NCBI GenBank assembly: GCA_026195895.1
Contig: JAPHRO010000030.1
Location: 23,910-87,909 of the forward strand
DNA: 64,000 nucleotides
Origin: Gammaproteobacteria bacterium
Lineage (GTDB): Bacteria > Pseudomonadota > Gammaproteobacteria > SZUA-229
Direction of reading: 5' to 3'
The notes under the pieces are model-generated. The model did not search any database, was not told the origin of the DNA, and saw nothing but the letters and a program-made list of their open reading frames with translations. Position numbers and translations under genes: made by a program. Below, one piece after another: positions 19,112 to 28,705 of this stretch (positions are counted from its first letter, which is position 1; each line of letters opens with the position of its first letter).

Positions 19112-19664
19112 GTCCAGGGCTCCTGCGAAACTGTGTTTTCATATTAAATTCCATGTTCAGGGGCAATGCCGGTTAACGGCTTGCATCATCCATGCTTATA
19201 TTTTTATTTTTAGTACGCCTGTTTTGTGCTGTTTTTTAAGATTGCATGATGAACAGGTGGAAATTAACTATAGCAGCAAATGTTCCAGATTCCATGATAT
19301 CTATAAAATTAGTTATTTAAATGAAAAATATATAAATATACGGATGTAAATAATAAATAGTGTAAATAATTGCGACGGGATTTAAGTTTTTTATGGCTGT
19401 GTGAGTTTGTTTATTTATTGAAAAAACAATGATTTATGTTTTATTTTTGGGTTTATTTGAGATTTTTAACTTAATTATGAAATTGTGTTTTTTTATTAAA
19501 AATATCAATATTTAGCATGCCCACAGGGCGGCAATGGTTAGTCGGAAAACTTGCTAAGACAGGAAGCCTGCAGGGCGTCGTCAGCATGTTGAAATCGAAT
19601 ACCCGGGTTACCCCCACCGTCCCTGGTGGTTTGTAACGATGAGGCTACAGGGTCTGCTGCGGGT

Positions 19665-20996
19665 TTATTTCAGTTTTTTAAGCCGCTTCAAAACATCTTT
19701 CTCCCAGTCGGCAGAAAATTGGCCGCGCACCTTGTCTTTACCGGTTTCAATGGCCAGCAGCGCATCTGATCGGCTCTGTACCTGTTTCAGTTCTGCCTGT
19801 ACCCGCTTGAGCTCATCCTGCATTTTTTTCAGATTGTTTTTCATTGCTGTGACAGGGTCAGTGCGGATCGGTTTTTTAGCTACCGGCGACTTTTTGCGGG
19901 TAACTTTCTTTTTAGCCGTGGCTTTTTTCTGTGGAGCGGCCTTTTTCGCGGGGGCTGCCGTTTTCTTTGTGGCGGCCGCTTTTTTCCTGGTTACCGGCGC
20001 TTTCTTTTCTGGAGTTTTCCTGGTCGCGGGTTTGATGGCTTTTTTCTTTGCTGGTTTTTTGGCAGCTGTTTTTTTAGCGGGTGCTTTTTTCGGGGCAGGT
20101 TCTTTTGCAGCAGTGGGAGCTGTTTCTGCCGTTGAAACTGCTGGCTTATCTTTTTTAGCAGGCTCTTTAGTCGGTTCTTGTGCTGGGGCAGGTGCAGGTT
20201 TTTCAGCGGCTACCGGTTTTTCCTCGATCGGAGTAGAAACCGGCACAGGCGCAGGGGCAGGTTTCACCACTACAGGCGCAGGGGCGGGTTCCACCACCAC
20301 CGGCGCGGGTGCCGGTGTTTTCACAACTAATGGTGCAGGCTGGCTTCTACTGGCTGATTTCAGTGCTGTCAGGATGTCTTTAAATATGTCCCTGATGTCG
20401 CCTTTGCCGTCTACTGACGCCAGTTTCTTCTGGTCGCGATAAAAATCGACCACGGGTTGTGTCTGTGATTCATACACGCGTAGACGTTTACCAATAGTGT
20501 CTTCGTTGTCATCGGAACGGTGGTGTAGTTTGCTGCCGCATTTATCGCATTCATTTTCCATTACCGGTGGATTGGTAAAGGTGTTGTAGACTTCGCCACA
20601 GCTTTCGCAGGACAGGCGGCCAGTGAGGCGTTGCATCAGAATATCGAAATCAACGTCAATTAACAGTGCCGTATCGATGGGCTGTCCAAGGTTTTTTAAT
20701 AAATTGTCCAGCGCTTCTGCCTGTTGCGTATTGCGGGGGAAACCGTCCAGAATAAAGCCATTTCGGGCATCGGGGTTGTTCAGGCGCTCACGAATCATGC
20801 CCAGTACAATTTCATTAGGGACTAACTGGCCAGCATCCATAATGGCTTTAGCCTGTCTGCCCAGAGGTGTCTGGGCAACGACGGCTGCTCGAAGCAGGTC
20901 ACCGGTGGAAATTTGAGGTACATTGTATTTGTCGACCAGTTGTTTGGCCTGTGTGCCTTTACCAGAGCCTGGTGCTCCCAACAGTACGATTCTCAT
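19665..20996 (-). CDS. adk: Adenylate kinase (Zn-lid type) fused in frame to a Pro/Ala-rich linker, a histone-H1-like Lys/Ala-rich region and a C-terminal coiled coil
   Basis: 443 aa single ORF. Residues 1-215 are a complete Adk (GAPGSGKGTQ P-loop, four-Cys lid CESCG…CDKCG). Residues ~216-270 are PAPAPVVV repeats; ~270-380 are AKK/KKA-rich; ~380-443 are a heptad-like MKNNLKKMQDELKRVQAELKQVQ coiled coil. No stop between the domains. Confidence 0.9.
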   Translation of the reverse strand: MRIVLLGAPGSGKGTQAKQLVDKYNVPQISTGDLLRAAVVAQTPLGRQAKAIMDAGQLVPNEIVLGMIRERLNNPDARNGFILDGFPRNTQQAEALDNLLKNLGQPIDTALLIDVDFDILMQRLTGRLSCESCGEVYNTFTNPPVMENECDKCGSKLHHRSDDNEDTIGKRLRVYESQTQPVVDFYRDQKKLASVDGKGDIRDIFKDILTALKSASRSQPAPLVVKTPAPAPVVVEPAPAPVVVKPAPAPVPVSTPIEEKPVAAEKPAPAPAQEPTKEPAKKDKPAVSTAETAPTAAKEPAPKKAPAKKTAAKKPAKKKAIKPATRKTPEKKAPVTRKKAAATKKTAAPAKKAAPQKKATAKKKVTRKKSPVAKKPIRTDPVTAMKNNLKKMQDELKRVQAELKQVQSRSDALLAIETGKDKVRGQFSADWEKDVLKRLKKLK

Positions 20997-21090
20997 GGCA
21001 GTGGATCCCCCAATGGTCCTGTGCTTATCTGAAATGATTCTGGATTGTAATCAATGCGGGGACAATGTCGAGTATTCTGTGCAGAGTTAT

Positions 21091-21099
21091 TGATATAAT
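21091..21099 (+). promoter_or_regulatory. Extended -10 promoter element TGATATAAT
   Basis: Exact TGnTATAAT on the + strand, ~140 bp upstream of the ppa remnant and ~420 bp upstream of mrdA; the -35 is weak. Confidence 0.3.
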
Positions 21100-21232
21100 C
21101 CCGGAAAAGTCACTCCGGACAAATCTGCAGCTTGTCTTCGTGCAATACAGGTCTTTGAATCTTCAGGTTATTATGAATTCAATGTATGCGTTTTGTGTCG
21201 TACGGGTCACTGATTAACCGGGGAGTTTCTGT

Positions 21233-21436
21233 TTGTTGAGCAAATTGTATGACGATAACCAGCAGCCGGCTGGCCTGTATGACGGACTGCTGGGGCAGAT
21301 CACGCATTTTTTTGAACAATACAAAGCGCTGGAATCGGGGAAATGGGTCAAGGTGGAAAACTGGCTTGGGGCGGAACAGACTCACCAGGAAATTCTTATC
21401 AGCATTGAGCGATATAATCGTATGGGAATGAAATAG
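21233..21436 (+). pseudogene. ppa: Inorganic pyrophosphatase, 3'-terminal remnant (last ~60 codons only)
   Basis: The encoded …QITHFFEQYKALESGKWVKVENWLGAEQTHQEIL… aligns with the E. coli Ppa C-terminus (…[34 protein letters not shown]…). The frame is closed by a stop at 21215, and no upstream frame encodes the N-terminal ~115 residues; the adk start lies only 237 bp away. Confidence 0.6.
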
Positions 21437-21512
21437 CGACGTGTATCTGGGGTTAGTAAAAAATTCATGGGCATAATTCACAGCACTTTGTGTGAGCTGT
21501 ATTTCTATTCGG

Positions 21513-23375
21513 ATGTATAGTCGCACCGTCATCAAAGACCACAATCAGGAGGCGCTGCTATTCAGGCGACGTGCCCTGGTCGCCGCAATATTCAGTTTGC
21601 TCCTGCTGGGGCTGCTGTTACTGCGGCTGGTGGATTTGCAGTATTTTGAGCACAAGCATTTTAAAACCCTGTCGGAAAATAACCGCGTCAGGCTGATGGC
21701 GATTGCACCGAACCGGGGGCTGATTTATGACCGGAACGGCGTGGTGCTCGCCGAGAACCGTCCGTCTTATCGACTGGAAATTATTCCCGAGCAGATAAAA
21801 GACATGGATGCGACCCTGGACGGGCTGGCACAGTTGATTACGCTAGATGATTCCACGCTTAAACGCTTTAAAAAAACCGTGCGCCGCAGCCGGAAATTCG
21901 AAGGTGTGCCACTGCGTACTAAATTATCCGATGAAGAAGTCGCGCGACTGGCTGTTAATCGTCACCGCTTCCCGGGGGTAGAGATAACCGCCCGCCTGAG
22001 TCGCTATTATCCGCTGGAGAAACGCGCTGTCCACGTTGTCGGTTATGTGGGTCGCATTGACGAAGAAGAGCTAAAGCGAGTTGATGTGGCCAACTATTCT
22101 GGCACCAGCCATATTGGCAAGGTGGGGCTTGAACGCTATTACGAAGATGAATTACATGGTGCTGTTGGCTACCAGAATGTTGAAGTCAACGTTGAGGGTC
22201 GAATACTGCGTGTGCTGGAGAAAACACCACCGATCCCCGGTAATAACCTGGTGTTGTCGCTGGATGCCGAGCTGCAGGCAGTTGCTGAAGATGCGATGGG
22301 CGAATATACCGGTGCGGTGGTGGTGATTGAACCGGAAACGGGGGACGTGCTGGCAATGGCCAGTATGCCGACGTATGATCCTAATCTGTTTGTTCACGGC
22401 ATCAGTGTTAAAAATTATAAGGCCTTACGGGAATCAGTCGATCGACCATTGTTTAATCGTGCGTTGATGGGGCAGTATCCACCGGGTTCAACCATTAAGC
22501 CATTTGTCGGACTGGCCGGGCTGGAAAGCAAAGTTATCGGGCATAAGGAAGAAATTTTTTGTGAGGGTTATTACCTGCTGCCCAATGAAGAGCGAAAATA
22601 TCGAGACTGGAAAAAAGAAGGTCATGGCCATACTGATCTGAATGTTGCCCTGGAACAGTCCTGTGATGTTTACTATTACGAGCTGGCTTACCGTCTGGGC
22701 ATCGATCGCATCCATGCATTTATGCAGAAATTTGGATTTGGCCAGAAAACCGGTCTGGATACCATCGGTGAGCGCTCTGGTCTGTTGCCATCCAGGGAAT
22801 GGAAAAAGCGTAGCCGGAATAAAATCTGGTTTCCCGGTGAAACGCTCATAACAGGCATCGGTCAGGGTTATATGCTGACCACGCCATTACAGTTGGCTGC
22901 GGCCACTTCTACTTTGGGCATGCGTGGGGTTTCCATGCAGCCTCATTTATTGAATGAAATACAGTATCCTGATAGCCAGCAGACGGTGCAGATTGAAGTA
23001 AAAAGTCGGCAACAGATTAATCTGCAGCGTCCAGCCAACTGGCGTCATGTTATCAAGGGCATGATTAGCGTCATGCACAGCCTCAGGGGTACAGCCCGGC
23101 TTTCGGGGCTGGGGCTAGAATTTCAAATGGCTGGGAAAACCGGTACAGCACAGGTTTTTGGTATTGCCCAGGATGAGGAGTATGACGAAGAAACCGTCGC
23201 CCGGAAATTACGCGATCATGCATTATTTGTGGGTTTTGCCCCCCAGGATAAGCCCCAAATAGCCGTGGCCGTGATTGCTGAAAATGGCGGTCATGGCAGC
23301 AGCGTAGCGGCGCCAATCGCGCGTAAAGTGATTGATGCCTGGATGGAAAAAGAGAAGGCCAATGGTCGGAAATAA
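21513..23375 (+). CDS. mrdA: Peptidoglycan D,D-transpeptidase MrdA (PBP2)
   Basis: Collinear with E. coli PBP2 from ...EALLFRRRALVAA...; STIKP (SxxK), SxN and KTGT motifs present. Start chosen at MYSRTV (the ORF track begins at 21492). Confidence 0.9.
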   Translation: MYSRTVIKDHNQEALLFRRRALVAAIFSLLLLGLLLLRLVDLQYFEHKHFKTLSENNRVRLMAIAPNRGLIYDRNGVVLAENRPSYRLEIIPEQIKDMDATLDGLAQLITLDDSTLKRFKKTVRRSRKFEGVPLRTKLSDEEVARLAVNRHRFPGVEITARLSRYYPLEKRAVHVVGYVGRIDEEELKRVDVANYSGTSHIGKVGLERYYEDELHGAVGYQNVEVNVEGRILRVLEKTPPIPGNNLVLSLDAELQAVAEDAMGEYTGAVVVIEPETGDVLAMASMPTYDPNLFVHGISVKNYKALRESVDRPLFNRALMGQYPPGSTIKPFVGLAGLESKVIGHKEEIFCEGYYLLPNEERKYRDWKKEGHGHTDLNVALEQSCDVYYYELAYRLGIDRIHAFMQKFGFGQKTGLDTIGERSGLLPSREWKKRSRNKIWFPGETLITGIGQGYMLTTPLQLAAATSTLGMRGVSMQPHLLNEIQYPDSQQTVQIEVKSRQQINLQRPANWRHVIKGMISVMHSLRGTARLSGLGLEFQMAGKTGTAQVFGIAQDEEYDEETVARKLRDHALFVGFAPQDKPQIAVAVIAENGGHGSSVAAPIARKVIDAWMEKEKANGRK

Positions 23376-24495
23376 TCAGTTTAGACAGAATCAGGGCGGT
23401 GAAAGCCTGACAGCACGGATCGTGCAATTGTTGCACATGGATCCATTACTGCTGATGGGGATATTTCTGCTCACCGCGACCGGCATGGGCGTGCTATACA
23501 GTGCCGGCGATCAGTCGATTGCATTAATCAACCGGCAAACAACCCGTCTGGTACTGGCGTTTGCGGTCTTGCTCATCCTTGCTCAAATCCCCCCGTCTAC
23601 CTATCGCTTCTGGTCGCCCTGGATATACGGTATCGGGGTGATTTTACTGGTGCTGGTGCTGGTGGCGGGTGATGTAGGTAAGGGTGCGCAGCGCTGGCTG
23701 GATCTCGGTTTTGTGCGATTTCAGCCATCTGAAATGATGAAGCTGGCAACACCGATGATGGTTGCCTGGTTTTTCTCGGAACGGCCTTTGCCGCCAAGCT
23801 ATAAATCGTTATTAGTTGCGGCCACGCTGCTCATTGTGCCGACCCTGTTAATTGCCAGGCAGCCGGATTTGGGAACCTCATTGCTAATTTTTGCAGCGGG
23901 TTTTTTTGTTATTTTTCTTGCCGGTTTAAGCTGGCGGCTGATTGTTGTGTTAGGCATAGCAGGGGCATCGTTATTGCCGGTGCTCTGGCACTTCATGCAC
24001 GAATATCAGCGCAATCGGGTGCTGACTTTTCTGGATCCGGAACGTGATCCACTGGGGGCCGGCTACCATATTATCCAGTCTAAAATCGCCATCGGTTCCG
24101 GCGGTATTTATGGCCGAGGCTGGATGAATGGCAGCCAGTCGCACCTTGATTTTCTACCTGAGCAGTCTACGGATTTTATCTTTGCGGTTTTCGCAGAAGA
24201 ATTTGGGCTGTTGGGCGGCATAGTGTTATTAAGTCTGTACGGTTTTATTATTATACGAGGACTGATAATCGCCGCGCAGGCACAGGATACTTATGGCAGA
24301 TTACTCGGAGGGAGTTTGAGTCTGACCTTCTTTGTCTATTTGTTTGTTAATGTGGGCATGGTCTCAGGCATTTTGCCGGTGGTTGGGGTACCATTACCCC
24401 TGATAAGCTATGGCGGTACATCGATGGTGACTCTGATGGCTGGATTTGGCATCCTGATGTCAATAAACTCACACCGACGATTGTGGTCAAAATGA
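23362..24495 (+). CDS. mrdB: Rod-shape-determining protein RodA (SEDS family)
   Basis: Collinear with E. coli RodA (…GAQRWLDLG.VRFQPSE…KIAIGSGG…GKGW…). Start chosen at MVGNNQ, overlapping the mrdA 3' end. Confidence 0.9.
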   Translation: MVGNNQFRQNQGGESLTARIVQLLHMDPLLLMGIFLLTATGMGVLYSAGDQSIALINRQTTRLVLAFAVLLILAQIPPSTYRFWSPWIYGIGVILLVLVLVAGDVGKGAQRWLDLGFVRFQPSEMMKLATPMMVAWFFSERPLPPSYKSLLVAATLLIVPTLLIARQPDLGTSLLIFAAGFFVIFLAGLSWRLIVVLGIAGASLLPVLWHFMHEYQRNRVLTFLDPERDPLGAGYHIIQSKIAIGSGGIYGRGWMNGSQSHLDFLPEQSTDFIFAVFAEEFGLLGGIVLLSLYGFIIIRGLIIAAQAQDTYGRLLGGSLSLTFFVYLFVNVGMVSGILPVVGVPLPLISYGGTSMVTLMAGFGILMSINSHRRLWSK

Positions 24496-24545
24496 TGAAA
24501 ATAACGGGAAATGATACTCAAAGCACGATGAGATTTTGCATAAAT

Positions 24546-25556
24546 ATGAAACGATTACACACATTGTTACTGACTTCTTTTTTGCTTTTACCTGCGGTCA
24601 GTAATGCTAATTACAGCAAGCGTCCGGATGTGAAGGAATTTATTGCTGATATGGTCAGTCAACATGGCTTTGATGAGCAACAACTGAGTCTCTGGATGCA
24701 GGATGTGCAACAACAGAAAAGCGCATTAGAAGCGATTGCGCGCCCGGCTGAAGCAAAACCCTGGAAAGATTATCGGCCTATATTCATCACATCAAAACGT
24801 ATTAACAGAGGCGTTGAGTTCTGGGCAACACATGCTGAAACTTTGCAGCGTGCAGAACAGAAATATGGCGTACCCGCGGAAATTATTGTTGCCATCATCG
24901 GCGTGGAAACTTTTTATGGTAAACGTGCAGGTAATTATCCGGTGCTGGATGCATTAACCACGCTGGGTTTTGACTACCCGCTGGAAAACACAACCCAGGA
25001 AAGAAGAGACAGGAGAGAACGGTTTTTTCGTAAGGAATTGAAAGAATATCTGTTAATGACCCGGGAAGAAAAAGTAGATCCGCGAACATTAAAAGGTTCC
25101 TATGCCGGTGCTATGGGTATGCCGCAATTTATTTCCAGTAGCTTTCGTGCTTATGCCATTGATTTCGATGGTGATGGCAAACGTGATTTATGGAATAGCA
25201 CAGCCGATGCTATCGGTAGTGTGGCAAATTATTTTAGTCGTCATGGCTGGAAAGGTGGTCAGCCGATAGTGAGTCGAGCCTCGGTTGCCAAACCAGCCGA
25301 TGGGCTGGGCAGTAAAAATATGCGCCCGCATAAGGCAATTGGTGACTATAAGCAATTGGGTGTGACACCAGTAAAAGCATTCAATGACAGTCAAATGGCA
25401 ACCTTACTAAAGCTTGAGGGTAGTCGAGGCAATGAGTATTGGCTGGGATTGGAGAATTTCTATGTCATCACCCGATATAATCATAGTCCGTTATATGCTA
25501 TGGCTGTATATCAACTGGGTCAGGCTGTAGCCAGCAAATATCGCTCGAGAGATTGA
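24546..25556 (+). CDS. mltB: Lytic murein transglycosylase B (soluble SltB-like; signal peptide, no lipobox)
   Basis: Strong collinearity with E. coli MltB (…MVSQHGFDEQQL…, GVETFYG…, GAMGMPQF…, YVITRYNHS.LYAMAV.QLGQAV). Start chosen at MKRLHT. Confidence 0.85.
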   Translation: MKRLHTLLLTSFLLLPAVSNANYSKRPDVKEFIADMVSQHGFDEQQLSLWMQDVQQQKSALEAIARPAEAKPWKDYRPIFITSKRINRGVEFWATHAETLQRAEQKYGVPAEIIVAIIGVETFYGKRAGNYPVLDALTTLGFDYPLENTTQERRDRRERFFRKELKEYLLMTREEKVDPRTLKGSYAGAMGMPQFISSSFRAYAIDFDGDGKRDLWNSTADAIGSVANYFSRHGWKGGQPIVSRASVAKPADGLGSKNMRPHKAIGDYKQLGVTPVKAFNDSQMATLLKLEGSRGNEYWLGLENFYVITRYNHSPLYAMAVYQLGQAVASKYRSRD

Positions 25557-26338
25557 TGCGCACCAGTATTGTATTTTTTATTAGTGTTTTTTTTATTAAT
25601 TCATGCGCCACGCATGATAGTGCGCCATCGGATTTCTATAAATCAGCCGATGAAATAAAAAATGCGGTGCCGGTGAATGAACCCCTGAGTCGGTACGGCA
25701 ATCCCGAATCCTATACCGTGATGGGCAAAACCTATCAGGTCATGAAAAACAGCAATGGATTTACCCAGCAGGGCGAGGCCTCCTGGTATGGCACCAAGTT
25801 TCATGGTCAGAAAACATCCAGTGGCGAACCTTACAATATGTACGCGATGACGGCCGCACATAAATCATTACCGTTGCCTACTTATGTCGAGGTAACCCAT
25901 AGGAAAAATGGCCGCAAAGTCATTGTCAAAGTGAATGATCGCGGCCCTTTTCATGACGGCAGAATTATTGATCTGTCCTATGCAGCAGCCAGGAAGCTGG
26001 GTATTTCTGGAGCAGGTACCGGGCCAGTTGAAATCAGAGCGATCAATACCAGCGCACTAGATTTAAATACCAGTTCGGTAGTTTTGCCCGAGACAGCTAA
26101 TGATGGAAAAATTCATGTGCAGGTGGCGGCAATGGGCAGTGAAAATGCCGCCGAAGAGGTTGCGGTAAATTTGCGTGATAATAGTTTCAATAGCGTGCGG
26201 GTACATGTTGTTGAGTCTGACGGTAAAAAACTTTACCGGGTTCGCATCGGTCCAATACCCAGTGTCGATCTCGCCTATCAGGTGCTGAAAAATTTAAATG
26301 ATATCGGTCACAATGCAGCCCGTGTTGTGACTGATTAA
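25553..26338 (+). CDS. rlpA: Septal ring lytic transglycosylase RlpA (DPBB + SPOR domains)
   Basis: 261 aa; GEASWYG..FHG..T..GE.Y….MTAAH..LP…V.VT…NG…V.VNDRGPF DPBB core; C-terminal SPOR-like domain (…YRVRIGP…). Confidence 0.85.
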   Translation: MMRTSIVFFISVFFINSCATHDSAPSDFYKSADEIKNAVPVNEPLSRYGNPESYTVMGKTYQVMKNSNGFTQQGEASWYGTKFHGQKTSSGEPYNMYAMTAAHKSLPLPTYVEVTHRKNGRKVIVKVNDRGPFHDGRIIDLSYAAARKLGISGAGTGPVEIRAINTSALDLNTSSVVLPETANDGKIHVQVAAMGSENAAEEVAVNLRDNSFNSVRVHVVESDGKKLYRVRIGPIPSVDLAYQVLKNLNDIGHNAARVVTD

Positions 26339-26371
26339 ATATATCCAACTTAAACATATAGTGAGTGGAGA

Positions 26372-27532
26372 ATGTCAGCTTTTATGAAAATGACCAAATT
26401 AGTTAAGTCCGTATTTATTGTCACAAGTTTACTGTTTTTTGTTTCCGTCCATGCTGCTCTTGCACCTGTTCCATCTCCGCCAAAAATAGCTGCAAAAAGT
26501 TTTCTGCTTATTGATGCTGATAGTGGCAGAGTGCTGGCAGAAAAAAATATTGATAAAAAAATAGAACCCGCCAGTATTACCAAATTAATGACCGCGTATG
26601 TTGTTTATAAGGAACTGGAAGCTGGTCGACTTAGCCTGGAAGAAAAAGTCACGATTAGTAAAAAAGCCTGGCGTATGAAAGGTTCAAAAATGTTTCTCGA
26701 AGTGGGCAAGCAGGTCACTATTGAGGATTTACTTAAAGGTTTGATTATCCAGTCCGGTAATGATGCAAGTGTTGCGCTAGCAGAGCATATAGCAGGTAGT
26801 GAATCCGCATTTGCAGACTTGATGAATCAGTATGGCCAGTCTTTGGGTATGCTTGGTACCAATTTCGTTAACAGCACCGGCTGGCCCGATAAGAAACATT
26901 TGACTACGGCAAAAGATATAGCGACTTTAGCGAAAGTGGTGATTAATGAATTTCCTGAGCATTACAAGTTGTATGCGGTTAAGGAATATAGTTTCAATGG
27001 CATTAAGCAATACAATCGCAATAAATTATTATGGCGAGATAAAACCGTTGATGGCATAAAAACCGGCCATACTGAATCGGCAGGCTATTGCCTGGTGTCA
27101 TCCGCATTACGTAACGATATGCGTCTCATCGCCGTTGTGCTGGGTACTCGTAGCGAAAAAGCACGCGCCAATGTCAGCCAGTCGCTGTTGAGCTATGGTT
27201 TCCGCTTTTATGAAAGCAATAAACTGTATTCGGCGGGTGAAGGGCTGAACAAAACGCGTATCTGGAAAGGCGATAGTGAAAATTTAAATCTTGGTTTGCA
27301 GGAAGATTTACACGTTACTATTCCAAGAGGACAGTACAAGCATCTGGATGCGGTGATGGATGTTAATAAAGACATCGAAGCGCCAGTTCAGAAAGGTCAG
27401 CAGTTAGGTACCGTACGAGTAACATTGCACGGCGAGGAGATTATTAGCCGGCCATTAGTTGCGTTGCAGTCAGTTGGAGAAGGTAGCATCTGGCAGCGTA
27501 CCAAAGATCAAATTATTCAGTTGTTCCAGTAA
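26372..27532 (+). CDS. dacA: D-alanyl-D-alanine carboxypeptidase (PBP5/6 family)
   Basis: 386 aa; signal peptide; SITKLMT (SxxK), SGN and KTG motifs; C-terminal domain present. Confidence 0.9.
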   Translation: MSAFMKMTKLVKSVFIVTSLLFFVSVHAALAPVPSPPKIAAKSFLLIDADSGRVLAEKNIDKKIEPASITKLMTAYVVYKELEAGRLSLEEKVTISKKAWRMKGSKMFLEVGKQVTIEDLLKGLIIQSGNDASVALAEHIAGSESAFADLMNQYGQSLGMLGTNFVNSTGWPDKKHLTTAKDIATLAKVVINEFPEHYKLYAVKEYSFNGIKQYNRNKLLWRDKTVDGIKTGHTESAGYCLVSSALRNDMRLIAVVLGTRSEKARANVSQSLLSYGFRFYESNKLYSAGEGLNKTRIWKGDSENLNLGLQEDLHVTIPRGQYKHLDAVMDVNKDIEAPVQKGQQLGTVRVTLHGEEIISRPLVALQSVGEGSIWQRTKDQIIQLFQ

Positions 27533-27566
27533 TTGCTGGCAATTTTTCTGCGAGTGTAGATCGCCA

Positions 27567-28430
27567 ATGTCGACAGTGTATTTAAATGGCCAGTTTATGC
27601 CCATTGAGCAAGCAAAGGTGTCCGTGCTTGATCGTGGTTTTTTGTTTGGTGATGGCGTCTATGAAGTTATCCCTGCTTATGGCAACCACTTGCTGCGACT
27701 CAATGAACACCTGCGTAGACTGCAAAACAGTCTTGATGCCGTGCGTATTAACAATCCCCTGAGTCAGCAGCAATGGACAGAAATATTGCAGACCCTGTTG
27801 GCTAAAAATGAGGGTCAGGATCAGTCTGTCTATTTGCAGGTCTCGCGGGGAGCGGCACCGGTAAGGGATCATGCCTTTGCAGCGGATTTAGTCGCGACGG
27901 TTTTTGTCATGGCAAATCCCATGAAAGCCGTTTCAAGGGAAAAACTGGAGCCGGGCGTATCTGCTATTACACTGGACGATATTCGCTGGAAGGCGTGCAA
28001 TATAAAAGCAACAGCCTTGCTGGCTAACGTATTGTTACGCCAGCAGGCCGCTATCGAAGGTGCGGCAGAAGCCATTCTGATTCGTGATGGTAGGGCGACC
28101 GAAGGCGCCGCAAGTAACGTCTTTATTGTGCAGGATGGCGTAATTGTGACGCCACCGACCAGTCCTATGTTGTTGCCCGGCATAACCCGCGATTTAATTC
28201 TGGAGCTTGCCCATCAAAATGATATGCCCTGTGCCGAACGAGATATAAGCGAAGCCGATCTGCGCGCTGCCAGTGAAATATGGCTGACCAGTTCAACCAA
28301 GGAAATATTGCCGGTTATCAGCCTGGATGAACAGCCGGTTGGAAACGGTCGTTATGGCCCCATATGGGGAAGTATGATTGATATCTACCAGGCATATAAA
28401 GCTAAACTGCGGGCAGGCGAAATCCAGTGA
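27567..28430 (+). CDS. Class IV (D-amino-acid / branched-chain / ADC lyase) PLP aminotransferase
   Basis: ~288 aa from MSTVYLNGQF…; fold-type IV pattern (…VLDRGFLFGDGVYEVI…, …E….T.S…V..V..LD…); inserted between dacA and ybeD. Confidence 0.75.
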   Translation: MSTVYLNGQFMPIEQAKVSVLDRGFLFGDGVYEVIPAYGNHLLRLNEHLRRLQNSLDAVRINNPLSQQQWTEILQTLLAKNEGQDQSVYLQVSRGAAPVRDHAFAADLVATVFVMANPMKAVSREKLEPGVSAITLDDIRWKACNIKATALLANVLLRQQAAIEGAAEAILIRDGRATEGAASNVFIVQDGVIVTPPTSPMLLPGITRDLILELAHQNDMPCAERDISEADLRAASEIWLTSSTKEILPVISLDEQPVGNGRYGPIWGSMIDIYQAYKAKLRAGEIQ

Positions 28431-28702
28431 GCACGCAGCATGAAGAAGAAACTCTGTTTGAGTTTCCCTGTCAGTTTCCGATCAAGGCGATGGGAAAATC
28501 TGGTCCTGATCTGGAAGGGGCGGTGCTGGAAATTATTAATCGTCATGTCGATGATCTGTCCGAGGGCGCGATTAAGTTGAACGCCAGTAAAGGCGGCAAA
28601 TACACCAGTATTACTATCACTATCACCGCACAAAGCAAGGCTCACCTGGATGGTATTTATATGGAATTGACCCGTTGTGAGCACGTCCTGTATTCCATTT
28701 AA
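28427..28702 (+). CDS. ybeD: UPF0250/DUF493 protein YbeD
   Basis: 91 aa; LFEFPCQFPIKAMGK…YTSITITI… matches YbeD; conserved position upstream of lipB. Confidence 0.85.
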   Translation: MSTQHEEETLFEFPCQFPIKAMGKSGPDLEGAVLEIINRHVDDLSEGAIKLNASKGGKYTSITITITAQSKAHLDGIYMELTRCEHVLYSI

Positions 28703-28705
28703 ATT

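Noticed and set aside
19639-20442. 267-aa ORF on the + strand (Phe/Ala/Gly-rich)
   Set aside because: It is exactly antisense to the low-complexity Lys/Ala/Pro tail of the adk fusion. Complementary low-complexity coding sequence always yields a long open frame, and no start context or motifs are present.
21179-21544. 121-aa minus-strand ORF spanning the ppa remnant and mrdA leader
   Set aside because: It is antisense to the ppa-homologous frame and to the mrdA 5' region, with no conserved features.
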